A program made the translations under genes and the position numbers. A stretch of DNA of 64,000 bases, taken from NCBI GenBank assembly GCA_965248445.1, contig CBDFJG010000003.1:1747468-1811467 (forward strand), in the 5' to 3' direction. Below are positions 1 through 9,746 of this stretch, in pieces (positions within the stretch are counted from its first letter, which is position 1; every line of letters starts with the position of its first letter). Under the pieces are notes generated by a model. That model was not told where the DNA came from. It did no database searches and saw only the letters and a list, made by a program, of their open reading frames with translations. The DNA comes from Planctomycetota bacterium. Its GTDB lineage: Bacteria; Planctomycetota; JAJSAM01; JAJVHW01.

Positions 1-1231
1 TGCGCGCTGCTTCGGGGACCACCGGGACCCGCGTCGGGTCGAGCACACGGTCGGCCAGATGCTGCGTCAGCGGGTCTTCGGGCTGTGCGCGGGCTACGAG
101 GATCTGGTGGACCACGACCATGTCGGCAAGGACCCGCTGTTTGCCGCGGCGTGCGGCAAGCGCGAGGGTGCTCTGGCCACGCACCCGACGCTCTCGCGGC
201 TCGAGACCACGCAGCTCGGCGCCACGGCACAGACGCGCTACGCCAAGATCGAGATGGACCAGGAGCGCGTGGACAGCGTGCTCAGCGACGTCTTCTGCGA
301 GGCCATGGGGCCGGAGGATCCGGGCCTGCTCGTGCTGGACCTGGACCACTCCGACGTGCGGCTGCACGGCCGGCAGGAGGGCCGCTTCTTCCACGGCTAC
401 TACGGGCACTACTGCTACCTGCCGCTGTACGTCTTCTGCGGCGAGCACCTCTTGCTCGCTCGGCTCCAGACCGCTGACAGAGATCCCGCGCGCGGAGTCG
501 TGGACGAGCTCCGTGCGCTGGTCTTACGTCTGCGGCGCCGCTGGCCCCGGGCCAAGGTGCTCGTGCGCGCAGACTCGGGCTTTTGCCGCGAGGAGCTGAT
601 GGCCTGGTGCGAGGCCGCCGGCCACTTCTACCTGCTGGGCATGGCGCGCAATGAGCGCCTTGAGCGACACGTCGAAGACGCGCTCGATGAGGCCGCAGCC
701 CGTGCCGTGCAGACCGGCCGAGCAGCCCGGGTCTTTCGCGACTTTGCCTGGACCACGCTGGGGAGCTGGAGCCAGAGGCGTCGCGTGGTCGCCAAGGCCG
801 AGCACCTGCCGGGCGGCAAGCGCAATCCCCGCTTCGTGGTGACCAATCTGCCGCCTCGTAGCTGGAGCAGCAAGCGTCTCTACGAGCAGCTCTACTGCGC
901 CCGGGGCGAGGCGGAGAATCGCATCAAGGAGCAGCAGCTCGAGCTCTTCGGCACCCGTCTGTCGGTGCACACGATGCAGGGCAACGCCGTGCGGATGGCC
1001 ATGTCGGCCATGGCCTACGTCCTGACCTGTGCGCTGCGACGCATCGGTCTCGCCGGCACCGAGATGGCGCGTGCGCAAGCCGGCACGATCCGCCTGCGGC
1101 TGCTCAAGATCGGCGCGCTCGTGCGGATCACGACGCGCCGGATCTGGGTCTCGATGTCCTCGTCGTGGCCCTGGCAGCACGTCTTCGAGCGCTGCGCGCA
1201 ACGACTGCTGGCATCCCCGAAGCCGACCTGA
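1..1231 (+). CDS. IS1380-family DDE transposase (5' partial)
   Basis: Motifs LDLD, FFHGYY, RADSGF, YCARGEAENRIKE, IRLRLLKIGA; full copy at 44643-46025. Confidence 0.93.
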   Translation, partial: ARCFGDHRDPRRVEHTVGQMLRQRVFGLCAGYEDLVDHDHVGKDPLFAAACGKREGALATHPTLSRLETTQLGATAQTRYAKIEMDQERVDSVLSDVFCEAMGPEDPGLLVLDLDHSDVRLHGRQEGRFFHGYYGHYCYLPLYVFCGEHLLLARLQTADRDPARGVVDELRALVLRLRRRWPRAKVLVRADSGFCREELMAWCEAAGHFYLLGMARNERLERHVEDALDEAAARAVQTGRAARVFRDFAWTTLGSWSQRRRVVAKAEHLPGGKRNPRFVVTNLPPRSWSSKRLYEQLYCARGEAENRIKEQQLELFGTRLSVHTMQGNAVRMAMSAMAYVLTCALRRIGLAGTEMARAQAGTIRLRLLKIGALVRITTRRIWVSMSSSWPWQHVFERCAQRLLASPKPT

Positions 1232-1423
1232 CGTCCCGCCGCGCCGTCCGCCACACCACCGCCCGGCCTACGGTCTGCCCACACCGCAGAATCCGCGCCG
1301 TTTCGGCCGCTCACTCGCGTTGCCCTTGTGGCAACGACGACAGCATCCGCCCTCGCCTGGCCAAGATCTGACCCTGTGGACTCCGAAAGCACCGTCATCG
1401 CGACGTCTCGTGAACAGATGCGG
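1..1423 (+). mobile_element. IS1380-family element, copy A1 (left end outside window)
   Basis: Appears identical by eye to 44795-46217; right terminus GTGAACAGATGCGG ends at 1423, followed by CTAG. Confidence 0.92.
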
Positions 1424-1945
1424 CTAGTTTCTTCACCTCCAGGTGCAGCAGCTCGCCCGGCCGCTCGCGCTCGTAGCGCACCACCTCCTCGCGAGGCTCC
1501 AGCGACCGACGGCTTCCCAGACCGAGACCTCGCAGGAGGCCACCGACCGTGGACAGCGCCATGCGCAGGCGCCCCGCAATCGCCCGACCCGGGAGCTTCT
1601 TGCGGCGCAGCCGCTCGATCCGCGCCACGCGCCTCGCCGACGTGCGGTTCCACACCCGGTGCGGCGCCGAGCTGCGGTCGAAGAGCCCGGGCGCTCCCTC
1701 AAGAGACCAGCGCCGCAGCCACTTGTGGGCCGTCGTGCGGCTGATCCCGACCGCGCCCGCCGTCGCCACCACGCTCCAGCCATCCTCGAGTACGCGCTTC
1801 ACCAGCAGCATGCGACCGGTCCAAGTCGTGCAAGCGTTACGATGCGTCTTCATCCCCGGGGCCCTCCTCAAAGTCAGTTGGGATTGTTTCCATCCCCATC
1901 TGACCCGGAGACCCGGGGGTGTTCACAACGTGATCAGCATCTACA
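1424..1945 (-). mobile_element. IS481-family element fragment (left end plus N-terminal transposase, ATG 1853), cut by IS1380 A1
   Basis: Protein MKTHRNACTT...DRSSAPH...VRYERERPGELLHLEVKKL stops matching IS481 at 1424; minus-strand terminus TGTAGATGCTGATCACGTTGTGAACA at 1945-1920. Confidence 0.88.
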
Positions 1946-1950
1946 CCTAG

Positions 1951-3646
1951 CCTGCATAATTCATCACGCCACGCCCGGAACGTAGATTCGGGCGCACCGC
2001 GCATTGCATAAACTGTTGTTAGAGCAATAGTTACACAGATGCGAGAGGTACGCCCGAGTGACGAATTCTACCCCACACACTGTCCGGTTTCCCGATCTCT
2101 TCGGGAAGGTCACCACGGCCGTGTTCGACGGCGAAGCGCACACGTCCGAGGGAGGCGCGGGACTGCTGCGCGCGGTGGACCGTCGAATGGGAGTGACCGC
2201 AGGTCTGGCTGCGCTGTTGGTGGATCGTCGTGACCCGACGCGGGTGCAGCACTCGTTGGAGGAGCTCTTTCGGCAGCGCGTCTTCTCGATCGGCCTGGGC
2301 TACAGCGACCAGAACGACGCGGCTCGCGTGGGCACCGACCCGATGCTCAAGGGGGTCACGGGCCGCGCGCCGATCAAGGGCGCCGACCTGGCGTCTCAGG
2401 CGACGCTGTCGCGCTTCGAGAACGCGGTCACGGCGCACGAGCTCGTGGCCTTGTCGCGCAAGCTCGAGGAGGACGTGATCGAGCGTCTTTGCGCTCGCCA
2501 CCGGGGGGCCCGGCGCATCACGATCGACATGGACCCGAGCTGTGACCCGACCCACGGTGCACAGCAGGGAGCGCTCTTCAACGGCTTCTACGACACGTGG
2601 TGCTACCTGCCGGTTTTCGGCTTCCTCACGGTCGACGGCGATCCGGAGCAGTACCTTTTCTGTGCGCGGCTGCGGCCGGGCAACGCGAAGGAGGGCCGCA
2701 CGTCGCTGCGGACGATCCGCCGGATGGTGAAGCGACTTCGGCGTGCGTTTCCGCGCACGCAGATCCTCGTGCGCCTGGACAGCGGCTTCGCCGGCTCGCG
2801 GCTCTTCGACGCGCTGGACGAACTCGGCGTGAAGTACGTGGTCGGGATGCCCAAGAACAAGCGGCTCCTGGATCTGTGCGACGCCGAGATGACAGCGGCT
2901 GCGGTGCTGGCGGCGATGGAAGACAAGACGGCGCAGATCTACGGCGACTGCGAGTACCGGGCGAAGAGCTGGAGCAGGTCCCGCCGCGTGGTCTTCAAGG
3001 CGTAAGTGCTGGTCGCCACCGGGAAGGTGAACAAGGACAACGCGCGCTTCGTGGTCACCAACGTCTCGCGCAGCTACAAGCCCGAGACGACCTACTGCAA
3101 GACCTACTGCGGTCGCGGCGACGCCGAGAACCGCATCAAGGAACTCAAGGGTGGCCTGGCGGTGGATCGCACGAGCAACTCGAGCTTCCTGGCGAACCAG
3201 TTCCGCGTGCTGATGACCGCGGCGGCCTACGTACTCTTCCAGGAGTTACGCTACCAGTTGCGCGGCACCACGGCCGCAGTCTGGCAGGTGCACACGATCC
3301 GCGAACGGCTGCTCAAGATCGGCGCCCGCGTCGTGGAATCGGTGCGCCGCGTCGTCGTGCATCTCGCGGCGGCCTGCCCATGGCGCGAGCTGTGGTGCCG
3401 CGTCGCGCGAAGGCTCGGCGCTGCGCCGGTCTGAGCGCAGCCGATGGCCAGAAGAACGACACGCTTCCGGCTACCGGTCCGTCCAGACCTCGTCCGCGCG
3501 GCGGCAAATGGACTTGAACGCCCCCTCGGAACGAAGATCCCGCCGTCCGAGACCCCGCCGACCTCGGTGAACGCCGCAAGTCGAGCGCCCGGGCGCTCGG
3601 ACCGGCCGAGGGACGCCATCGCGAGCGTCGTCATGAATAGTGCGGG
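1951..3646 (+). mobile_element. IS1380-family element B, complete, 4-bp CTAG target duplication
   Basis: Imperfect terminal IRs CCTGCATAATTCAT / ATGAATAGTGCGGG; CTAG at 1947-1950 and 3647-3650. Confidence 0.9.
2058..3434 (+). pseudogene. IS1380 transposase with in-frame TAA at 3003-3005
   Basis: ORFs 2058-3005 and 3006-3434 are in one frame; VVFKA*VL where KAE is expected (GAA>TAA); RLDSGF and RGDAENRIKE motifs. Confidence 0.88.
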
Positions 3647-3797
3647 CTAGCGGCATGGCCCGGCGTACCCGGGCGATGTGCTTACCTGGCAAGAGGTTAC
3701 ACAGATGGGCGCCGGGCGCAAGGTGCGGCGTGCCGCGGCGCACGCGGGCGTCGCGCGGGCCGGGATCTGTGGTTCATGTGGTTCTTGGGGCTCGAGG

Positions 3798-4118
3798 TCA
3801 GAACGGCCCGCCCTCGAGCAGCGTGGTAGCGGTCCCGCGGATCGGCAGCCACAGGTAGGCGAAGTAGGCCCCCAGCAGGAGCGCCACGGTCATGCAGCCG
3901 GTGAAGAAGGCCACGTAGGCTACATGCTGGGACCAGCGGCGGAATCCCATGTCCCGCCACTCCTCGCGTATCTCGTCGGCCCATCGAGTCCCGGAGAAGG
4001 CGAGCGCGCAGACGGCCGCTGACGCGAGTGCCGTGCCAGCGGTGGTCAAGAGGGACGTCCGGAACCACCAGGTGATGAGCCCGAAGGTCGCCACGAGCGC
4101 CAACGCGGCGCCGCGCAC
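3798..4118 (-). CDS. Small membrane protein (about 3 hydrophobic segments)
   Basis: Hydrophobic stretches; GTG at 4118 just after the HTH gene stop. Confidence 0.55.
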   Translation of the reverse strand: MRGAALALVATFGLITWWFRTSLLTTAGTALASAAVCALAFSGTRWADEIREEWRDMGFRRWSQHVAYVAFFTGCMTVALLLGAYFAYLWLPIRGTATTLLEGGPF

Positions 4119-4123
4119 GGCGA

Positions 4124-4345
4124 CTACCGTCCCCTGAGAAAGTCGCGGATGGCGTCGATGACGAAGGGGTTTCTGGGCCGGCTCCGGTGCTCCGGGTCGG
4201 CCGCCTCCCACCGGGCCAGGGTACGGAGTCCGACTCGGAACAGGGCCGCGGCCTGCGCCTGGGTCATGTCCCGCGCAGCACGTTCGTCGCGCAGCGCGGC
4301 CACGAGCTCCTCGCCGGGCGGGAGCCCGTGTCGTGGCAGTTTCAC
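4124..4345 (-). CDS. XRE/Cro-family HTH regulator
   Basis: LRDERAARDMTQAQAAALFRVGLRTLARWE is a canonical HTH_XRE signature; GTG start at 4345. Confidence 0.85.
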   Translation of the reverse strand: MKLPRHGLPPGEELVAALRDERAARDMTQAQAAALFRVGLRTLARWEAADPEHRSRPRNPFVIDAIRDFLRGR

Positions 4346-4428
4346 ACGGCGTCGGCGGGGCACGGGCAGGAGTGTAGTCACGCATCCGACCCGCCTGGCG
4401 AGCGCAACGGAAGCGCGGAGGGCGAATA

Positions 4429-4467
4429 TGCCAATTGGCAGACGGCAATGTGGCACGCCATGTGGCA
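4429..4467. promoter_or_regulatory. Three tandem operator-like 12-mers between divergent HTH genes
   Basis: TGCCAATTGGCA (perfect palindrome, 4429-4440), GGCAATGTGGCA (4444-4455), CGCCATGTGGCA (4456-4467). Confidence 0.55.
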
Positions 4468-4564
4468 GACTCGCCGGTCAAGAAATGAGAGAGGGCCCGT
4501 CACGGCGTGGTGCGCCATCGACGGGCCCGGTTGCACACCCAACGGTACGGAAGGGAGCACGGGG

Positions 4565-6087
4565 ATGACGGTACACGACGAGACGACAGGGTTTCAACAC
4601 GGTTCTCCACAGCCGCGCGCGCTGCAGTTCGACGGCGGGGCGCTGCGATCGCGGCGAGAGGCGGCGAACGTGTCCGTCGACGAGGCGGTCCAGCTCATGA
4701 AAGCGGTGGCCGCGCCGGGCTCCGAGGAGGACCCCGAACGGAGCCTCCGGTTGACTCTCGGCCTCGCCGAGCTCGGGAGCCAGCCCCTGCACCTGGCCCA
4801 CTTCCGGGCCCTGGTGCTGCGCATCGACTGTGAGCCGAGCGATCTGTACCGGGACGCGGGCGAGTGGCGGGTCGATGGGACTGACTTCGGTGCGACGAGC
4901 ACCCGCGTGGGCACGTCGCAGAAGGACTTCGCCGCACTGACCGGAGTCTCGCTCGACTTGGTGCAGCGCATGGAGAGCGAGAGGGCCGGCGAGTGCACGC
5001 TGAACGAGTTCCTCGCCTACACGATGGCGACGGGGGAGCACGACCTCGACGAAGTGCTTGAGCAGTGCATCCAGATCTTGAACGTCTCGTGGACCGGCGA
5101 GGGGGAGGAGTGGCCGATGCGCTGCTCCGGGATGGACGACGAGTTGCGCGCCGAGTACGGGTACGAGGAGCCGGCCCCAGCGAAGCCGCCCCGTCCGAAC
5201 GGTCGCGCCCTCAAGCGCAACGTGAGCGCGTTCCAGCGGTTCCTCGACGACGCGCGCATGTCGCGCGAGGAGTTCTTCGCGGACTCTGGCTTCAACTGCG
5301 CCAGGAAGACCCACGACGGGTGCGGCACGATCGACAGCCTCCGGGGCTGGTTCGAGGAGGGCGCCATTCTGGACTGGTGCGCGTCCATCATGTGCGAGGT
5401 GCTGGATCGCAAGTGGGGCGACCAGTTCCACGACATCGGCGAGTGGCAGCTGGACGGGACCTCGTACGCGCTTCATCGCGCCCGGTTCACCATCTCGGAC
5501 GAGGAGTTCCTCGACGCCTGCGGCCTGGATGCATCCGTCGTCGCGGAGATCGAGGGGCCGAAGCTCGGCGAGGCGCGCTACCGCGATGTGCGGCCGCGCT
5601 CTTTCCCGACACGAACGTCCACAAGGCGATGGAGGACTTCACCGGTGAAGGGCACCGCTCGATTCGCGCCTTCTGTCCCGGCTTCGACAAGGACAGCGAG
5701 TCGGCCGTACTCCGGCTTCGTGATCTCGCTCGGCAGATCGCACTCGCGCTGCGGGACGATGGTTCACCGTGGGATGGCGATCGCTGGTGGCGCATCATCA
5801 CCGACACGATCTTCCACGACATCGACGAGACGGCGTACATGCCAGCGTTGCAGCGCACGATGGTCGAGAACGGCTTGCTCCCCGCGCACCCCGCCGACGA
5901 CGAGACGATCTCACTCGCCCGCTTCCGTGTCAGCATCCGGCGCATGGCGGGGGCGGCCGGGATGAGCGACGCTGCGATCGACGAGTTGATCGACGCCACA
6001 CCGGATCATCCCGTGCGCGGTCGTCAGCCGGGCGTGCAAGCGGTGCTTGAGGACAAGGGCGTGCTCCCGACGTACCCTTCGACCTGA
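4565..6087 (+). pseudogene. Multi-HTH-like protein, apparent 1-nt deletion near 5590
   Basis: Repeated units GEWRVDGT...SQKDFAALTGVSLDLVQRME and GEWQLDGT...SDEEFLDACGLDASVVAEIE; protein-like reading switches frame at YRDV/AAALFPDTN and ends at 6087. Confidence 0.6.
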
Positions 6088-6246
6088 TCCCCTCGGGAGG
6101 TTCCTGGAGTGCCTCCCTCCCCGCGGCGTCGGCGCCTCATGCGTCGGCGCCGCACTACCGGGCCGACTTGGCATCCAGCGCCAATCGACACACTCCCCAG
6201 GCCCAAGCGGCAACACCGAGCGCGAACAAGATGCGATCCCAGGGCA

Positions 6247-6552
6247 TCAGCGCCCCTCCTTCAACTCCTCGATGCCCTCCAGCACCTGCGCGTTGACCGC
6301 GCGTTGCTCCTGCCATCGTTCCTCCTGGCGAGCCCATCTCTCGCTCTGTACGGCGTGGTACGTCTCGAGCGTATCGAGGCGATCGTCCGCGCCGATGTGC
6401 GCCGGCGCGCGCTCGTGGTCGTCGAGATCATCGACGACACCGTCTACCTTCGACTGCACGGTCACGAACGCCGACACGCCCGCAGCGCCAGCGAGTATCC
6501 ACGGGAGCATCTCCTTCCAACGGACGGGTGTCGGTGTCTTCGCCGCGACCAT
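6247..6552 (-). CDS. Small phage-like protein: N-terminal TM helix plus coiled coil
   Basis: AGGAGG RBS before ATG; LPWILAGAAGVSAFV then charged heptad-like tail. Confidence 0.65.
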   Translation of the reverse strand: MVAAKTPTPVRWKEMLPWILAGAAGVSAFVTVQSKVDGVVDDLDDHERAPAHIGADDRLDTLETYHAVQSERWARQEERWQEQRAVNAQVLEGIEELKEGR

Positions 6553-6576
6553 GTTGAGCCTCCTCGTGGTCCGGTT

Positions 6577-6771
6577 CTACGTACGGCCAGCGGCGAGAAT
6601 GTCAGCCGCCCTTGCGGCCATCGCCGTGCGCTCCTCCATCGTCGCGTCGTCGCGGACGGTGAGCAGGACGACGCGCTCTCGGATGAGCACGTTGCCCCCC
6701 GTGAGGAAAGCGCCGAACTCGGTGTCCGTGATGACGAGTACCGAGTCGGCCTTGATCTGTACGGACGCCAC
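6577..6771 (-). CDS. Small hypothetical protein
   Basis: GTG at 6771, 4 nt after the upstream TAG; protein-like composition. Confidence 0.5.
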   Translation of the reverse strand: MASVQIKADSVLVITDTEFGAFLTGGNVLIRERVVLLTVRDDATMEERTAMAARAADILAAGRT

Positions 6772-6775
6772 CGCC

Positions 6776-7087
6776 CTACCTGACGACCGGCTGCCCGCTC
6801 GCGGGGTCGATCTCTGGCGGCGGCGGCGGCGTCTCGGTCCGAGACCTGTCGTCGCTACCTGTTCCAGCGCCATCGCCACTTCCACCGCTGACGCCACCAC
6901 CAGTCTTGGCCTTGCTGAGATCGGTCGCGAACGTCGCAGTCGGCGTCGCGGTGTCGCTCTTGCCCTGGACGCCCGAGCCCTCCTGGGAGCCCTGCGTGCC
7001 CTGCTCCTGGTTCGCCGTGATCGTGCCGAAGTTCAGGACGAGCGGACCGCTCGCGCCCTCTTCCTCGATCTCGATCTCGACGGCGTT
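6776..7087 (-). pseudogene. 3' fragment of a gene lacking a start codon
   Basis: Open frame NAVEIEIEEEGASGPLVLNFGTITANQEQG...PPPPPEIDPASGQPVVR* with GC3-rich codons; not in the ORF track. Confidence 0.5.
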
Positions 7088-7088
7088 C

Positions 7089-7721
7089 TACTTCCCCGAA
7101 GAGGGCGCGTACGAGGCGACCGAGCGGTCGATCGAGCGAGTCGATAGCGTGCTCGACCGCACATTCGATGTTGAGAAGCTCCTCCCGTACGCGCGCATCT
7201 ACGCCCGCGCCGGAGCCAAGACGGACAAGCTCACGAAGAGGACCGCCAAGACCGCGGCCCGGCAGCCGAGCACTCTGACCCTCCTGATCGACGGCCAGCC
7301 CGTCTCGGCCAATCAGTTCCACGCGGTGTGGACGACTGACGCCGACGGGAACACGCGCCTGACCGGCGGCGGCAGTGCCCGCCCTTCCGCTGCACCCGAC
7401 CCGGACGCCTGCGTCACGTTCGGCACCGAGGAGAACATGGAGGAGGAGGACTTCTTCGACATCGACCCCGAGTTCGATCCGAACGGCGCCTTCGCCTCGC
7501 TCCAGGTGTCTGCGGCCGTCTCGCCCGATGGCGTCGCGCATGACTTCACCGCCACCGCGGGGGATCTGGATATCGCGTTCCTCGGCCTGGAGTTCGGGAT
7601 CATCGAAGGCGAGTTCGAGTTCACCGGCACCGAGGGCGACCCGGACGACCCGGACGCCGAGGTCGAGATCACCGAGGGCACGTTCCTGATCTTCGGCGTC
7701 CAGTTCGTGGACGAGCGCTAG
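7089..7721 (+). pseudogene. Probable 3' fragment of a beta-rich hypothetical protein
   Basis: ORF 6906-7721 reads like antisense until about 7088, then protein-like (LTLLIDGQPV...IIEGEFEFTG...VEITEGTF). Confidence 0.5.
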
Positions 7722-8305
7722 GACCTGCGGAAGCCCGCGAACAGACCGGCGCCGGAGGTCACCCCGGACGGCAGGCTGCCCTTGATGAACTCGAGGAACT
7801 GACCGCCCTTGCCTTCGAGGGAATCGGCGAGCGCCTTCAGATCGTCGGACCACGTCTCGAACGGCAGGTCCAACACGCCGAGCGCGTTCAGCGCGAACAA
7901 CCCGCCTGTGACGGTGAGCAGCACGATGATCCCGACCTTGATCGCCTTGCGCATCAGGTACGCGACCAGGAAGGCGATGAGGAAGCTCAGCCCGCACTTC
8001 ATCAGGAATCCGGAGACCCCGGACCAGACCTTCGATTCGGTCTCTTCCGTGTCCGCCTCGCCCGCGACCTCTATCGGCGCGACCTCCATGAGAGCCGGAT
8101 GCAACTCGGAGTTCGCGCGCTCGTTCGCCTCGGTCGGTGAGAACGTGTCGCCCCAGCCGCCGAACACCGTGCGAACGCCGATCCCTGCGATGAGCGCGAA
8201 CACGGCCAGGCGCAGCATGCCTTTGCGCCACCACGAGAACTCGGAGTAGTCCTCGCGCCAGCCGGCTACCCACTCAGTCGGGTTCACGATGTCGGAAAGT
8301 CCCAT
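7718..8305 (-). CDS. FUN14-like membrane protein
   Basis: C-terminal GLSFLIAFLVAYLMRKAIKV...LPSGVTSGAGLFAGFR pattern. Confidence 0.7.
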   Translation of the reverse strand: MGLSDIVNPTEWVAGWREDYSEFSWWRKGMLRLAVFALIAGIGVRTVFGGWGDTFSPTEANERANSELHPALMEVAPIEVAGEADTEETESKVWSGVSGFLMKCGLSFLIAFLVAYLMRKAIKVGIIVLLTVTGGLFALNALGVLDLPFETWSDDLKALADSLEGKGGQFLEFIKGSLPSGVTSGAGLFAGFRRS

Positions 8306-8363
8306 CGGCGGGAGTCTCTCCGCCTGCCGCCCGCACCCGTAGACTTTCCGGCGAGGAGGGGGC

Positions 8364-9746
8364 ATGCCCGCCATTCCCGTCGTGGTCACCGGCGTCGGCC
8401 CGGTCAGCGCTATCGGTTGCGGTCGCAACGCGTTCTGGGACGCGTTGGTCGCCGGTCGTCACGGGTTCGGGCCCGTCACGCTCTGCGATGTCTCGAAGTC
8501 TCCGGCCAAGATCGGCGCTGAGATCGAGGACTTCCGCCTGGAGCATTACGTGGTGAAGGGCGGCTTGATGGCCCGACACACTCCTCGCCCCGTGCAGATC
8601 GGCCTGGCCGCGGCGGTGCTCGCGCTGCACGACGCGGAACTCGACCTCGACGGCTGCGATCCGGACCGCCTGGGCGTCCACGTCGGGACGTCGATCGGGA
8701 ACATGGGCGACGTCATCGCGCTGACGGAGCGATACGGGCGGACGGGCGGCCTGCCGCCCCACGCCGCGTTCCATGCGTTCTCGCACTCGACCGCCTGCGT
8801 GTTGTCGTCATTCTTCAACATCCGCGGGCCCATCCACACGACCACGTCCGGCTGCAATTCGGGGCTCGACGCCCTCGGCCAGTCGATGCGGATGATCCAG
8901 GTTGGAGCGGTCGACGCGATGCTGGTCGTCGGCACCGATTGCGAACTCGTGCCCGAGGTGATGGCTGCGCTGAACGCGTCGGGGTCGCTCGCGACGACGT
9001 TCAACGACGACCCCGGGCGCGCCTCCCGGCCGTTCGACCGCGATCGAGACGGCAACGTGATCGGGGAGGGCGCGGCCGCGCTGCTCCTCGAGTCCGAGCC
9101 GCACGCGGCGGCTCGCAGTGCGCGCATGTACGCACGCATGAAGGGCTACAGCGTGTGCGCGGCGGGGCAGAACCGCCAGTACAGCCACGACTCGCCGGAG
9201 GTCGACATCCGGCCGTGCGCGCGCGCGTTCCGCGGCGCGATGGGCGAGGCCGGCTGGAAGCTCGGTGACGTGGACGTCATCAACGCGAACGGGTCCTCGT
9301 CCAAGATCTACGACCGGATGGAGTCCCTCGCACTCGCGGAGACGTTCGGCGATGCGCTCCCGCTCATCCCGTTGCACTCGCAGAAGTCGATGCTGGGACA
9401 ACATGGCGCAGGATCCAGCGCGCTGCAGGCGGTCGCAGCTTGCTTGACCCTGCGCCGCGGCACGATCTTCCCTACCATCAACCACGACAACCCCGATCCC
9501 GAGTGCGCGCCGATGCGCGTCATCACGGAGCCGATCGATCTCTGGCCCCGCACTGCGTTGGTCCACTCGATCGGCCTTGGCGGCTTCTACTATTCGGTGG
9601 GCGCGTTCGAGACGACGCGTGACGACGACGCAGCGGTCACCGGCATCCACCAGGTCAAGTGGAGCGAACTGCAACACAAGCGCTTCAAGCCGGCCGACGA
9701 GTTCCAGAAGATGCTCGAGCCATGGGAGGCGCGCAGCGACGACTGA
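8364..9746 (+). CDS. Beta-ketoacyl-ACP synthase II (FabF)-like protein with atypical active site
   Basis: VVVTGVG, SGCNSG, SRPFDRDRDGNVIGEGAA, KSMLG; GAGGAGG RBS. Confidence 0.9.
   Translation: MPAIPVVVTGVGPVSAIGCGRNAFWDALVAGRHGFGPVTLCDVSKSPAKIGAEIEDFRLEHYVVKGGLMARHTPRPVQIGLAAAVLALHDAELDLDGCDPDRLGVHVGTSIGNMGDVIALTERYGRTGGLPPHAAFHAFSHSTACVLSSFFNIRGPIHTTTSGCNSGLDALGQSMRMIQVGAVDAMLVVGTDCELVPEVMAALNASGSLATTFNDDPGRASRPFDRDRDGNVIGEGAAALLLESEPHAAARSARMYARMKGYSVCAAGQNRQYSHDSPEVDIRPCARAFRGAMGEAGWKLGDVDVINANGSSSKIYDRMESLALAETFGDALPLIPLHSQKSMLGQHGAGSSALQAVAACLTLRRGTIFPTINHDNPDPECAPMRVITEPIDLWPRTALVHSIGLGGFYYSVGAFETTRDDDAAVTGIHQVKWSELQHKRFKPADEFQKMLEPWEARSDD

Noticed and set aside
3003..3005. Programmed readthrough in IS1380 B transposase
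   Set aside because: Stop is TAA at an expected Glu; a point mutation or error is simpler
3768..3786. TGTGGTTC direct repeat near the island edge
   Set aside because: Only two short copies; not enough to call iterons or an att site
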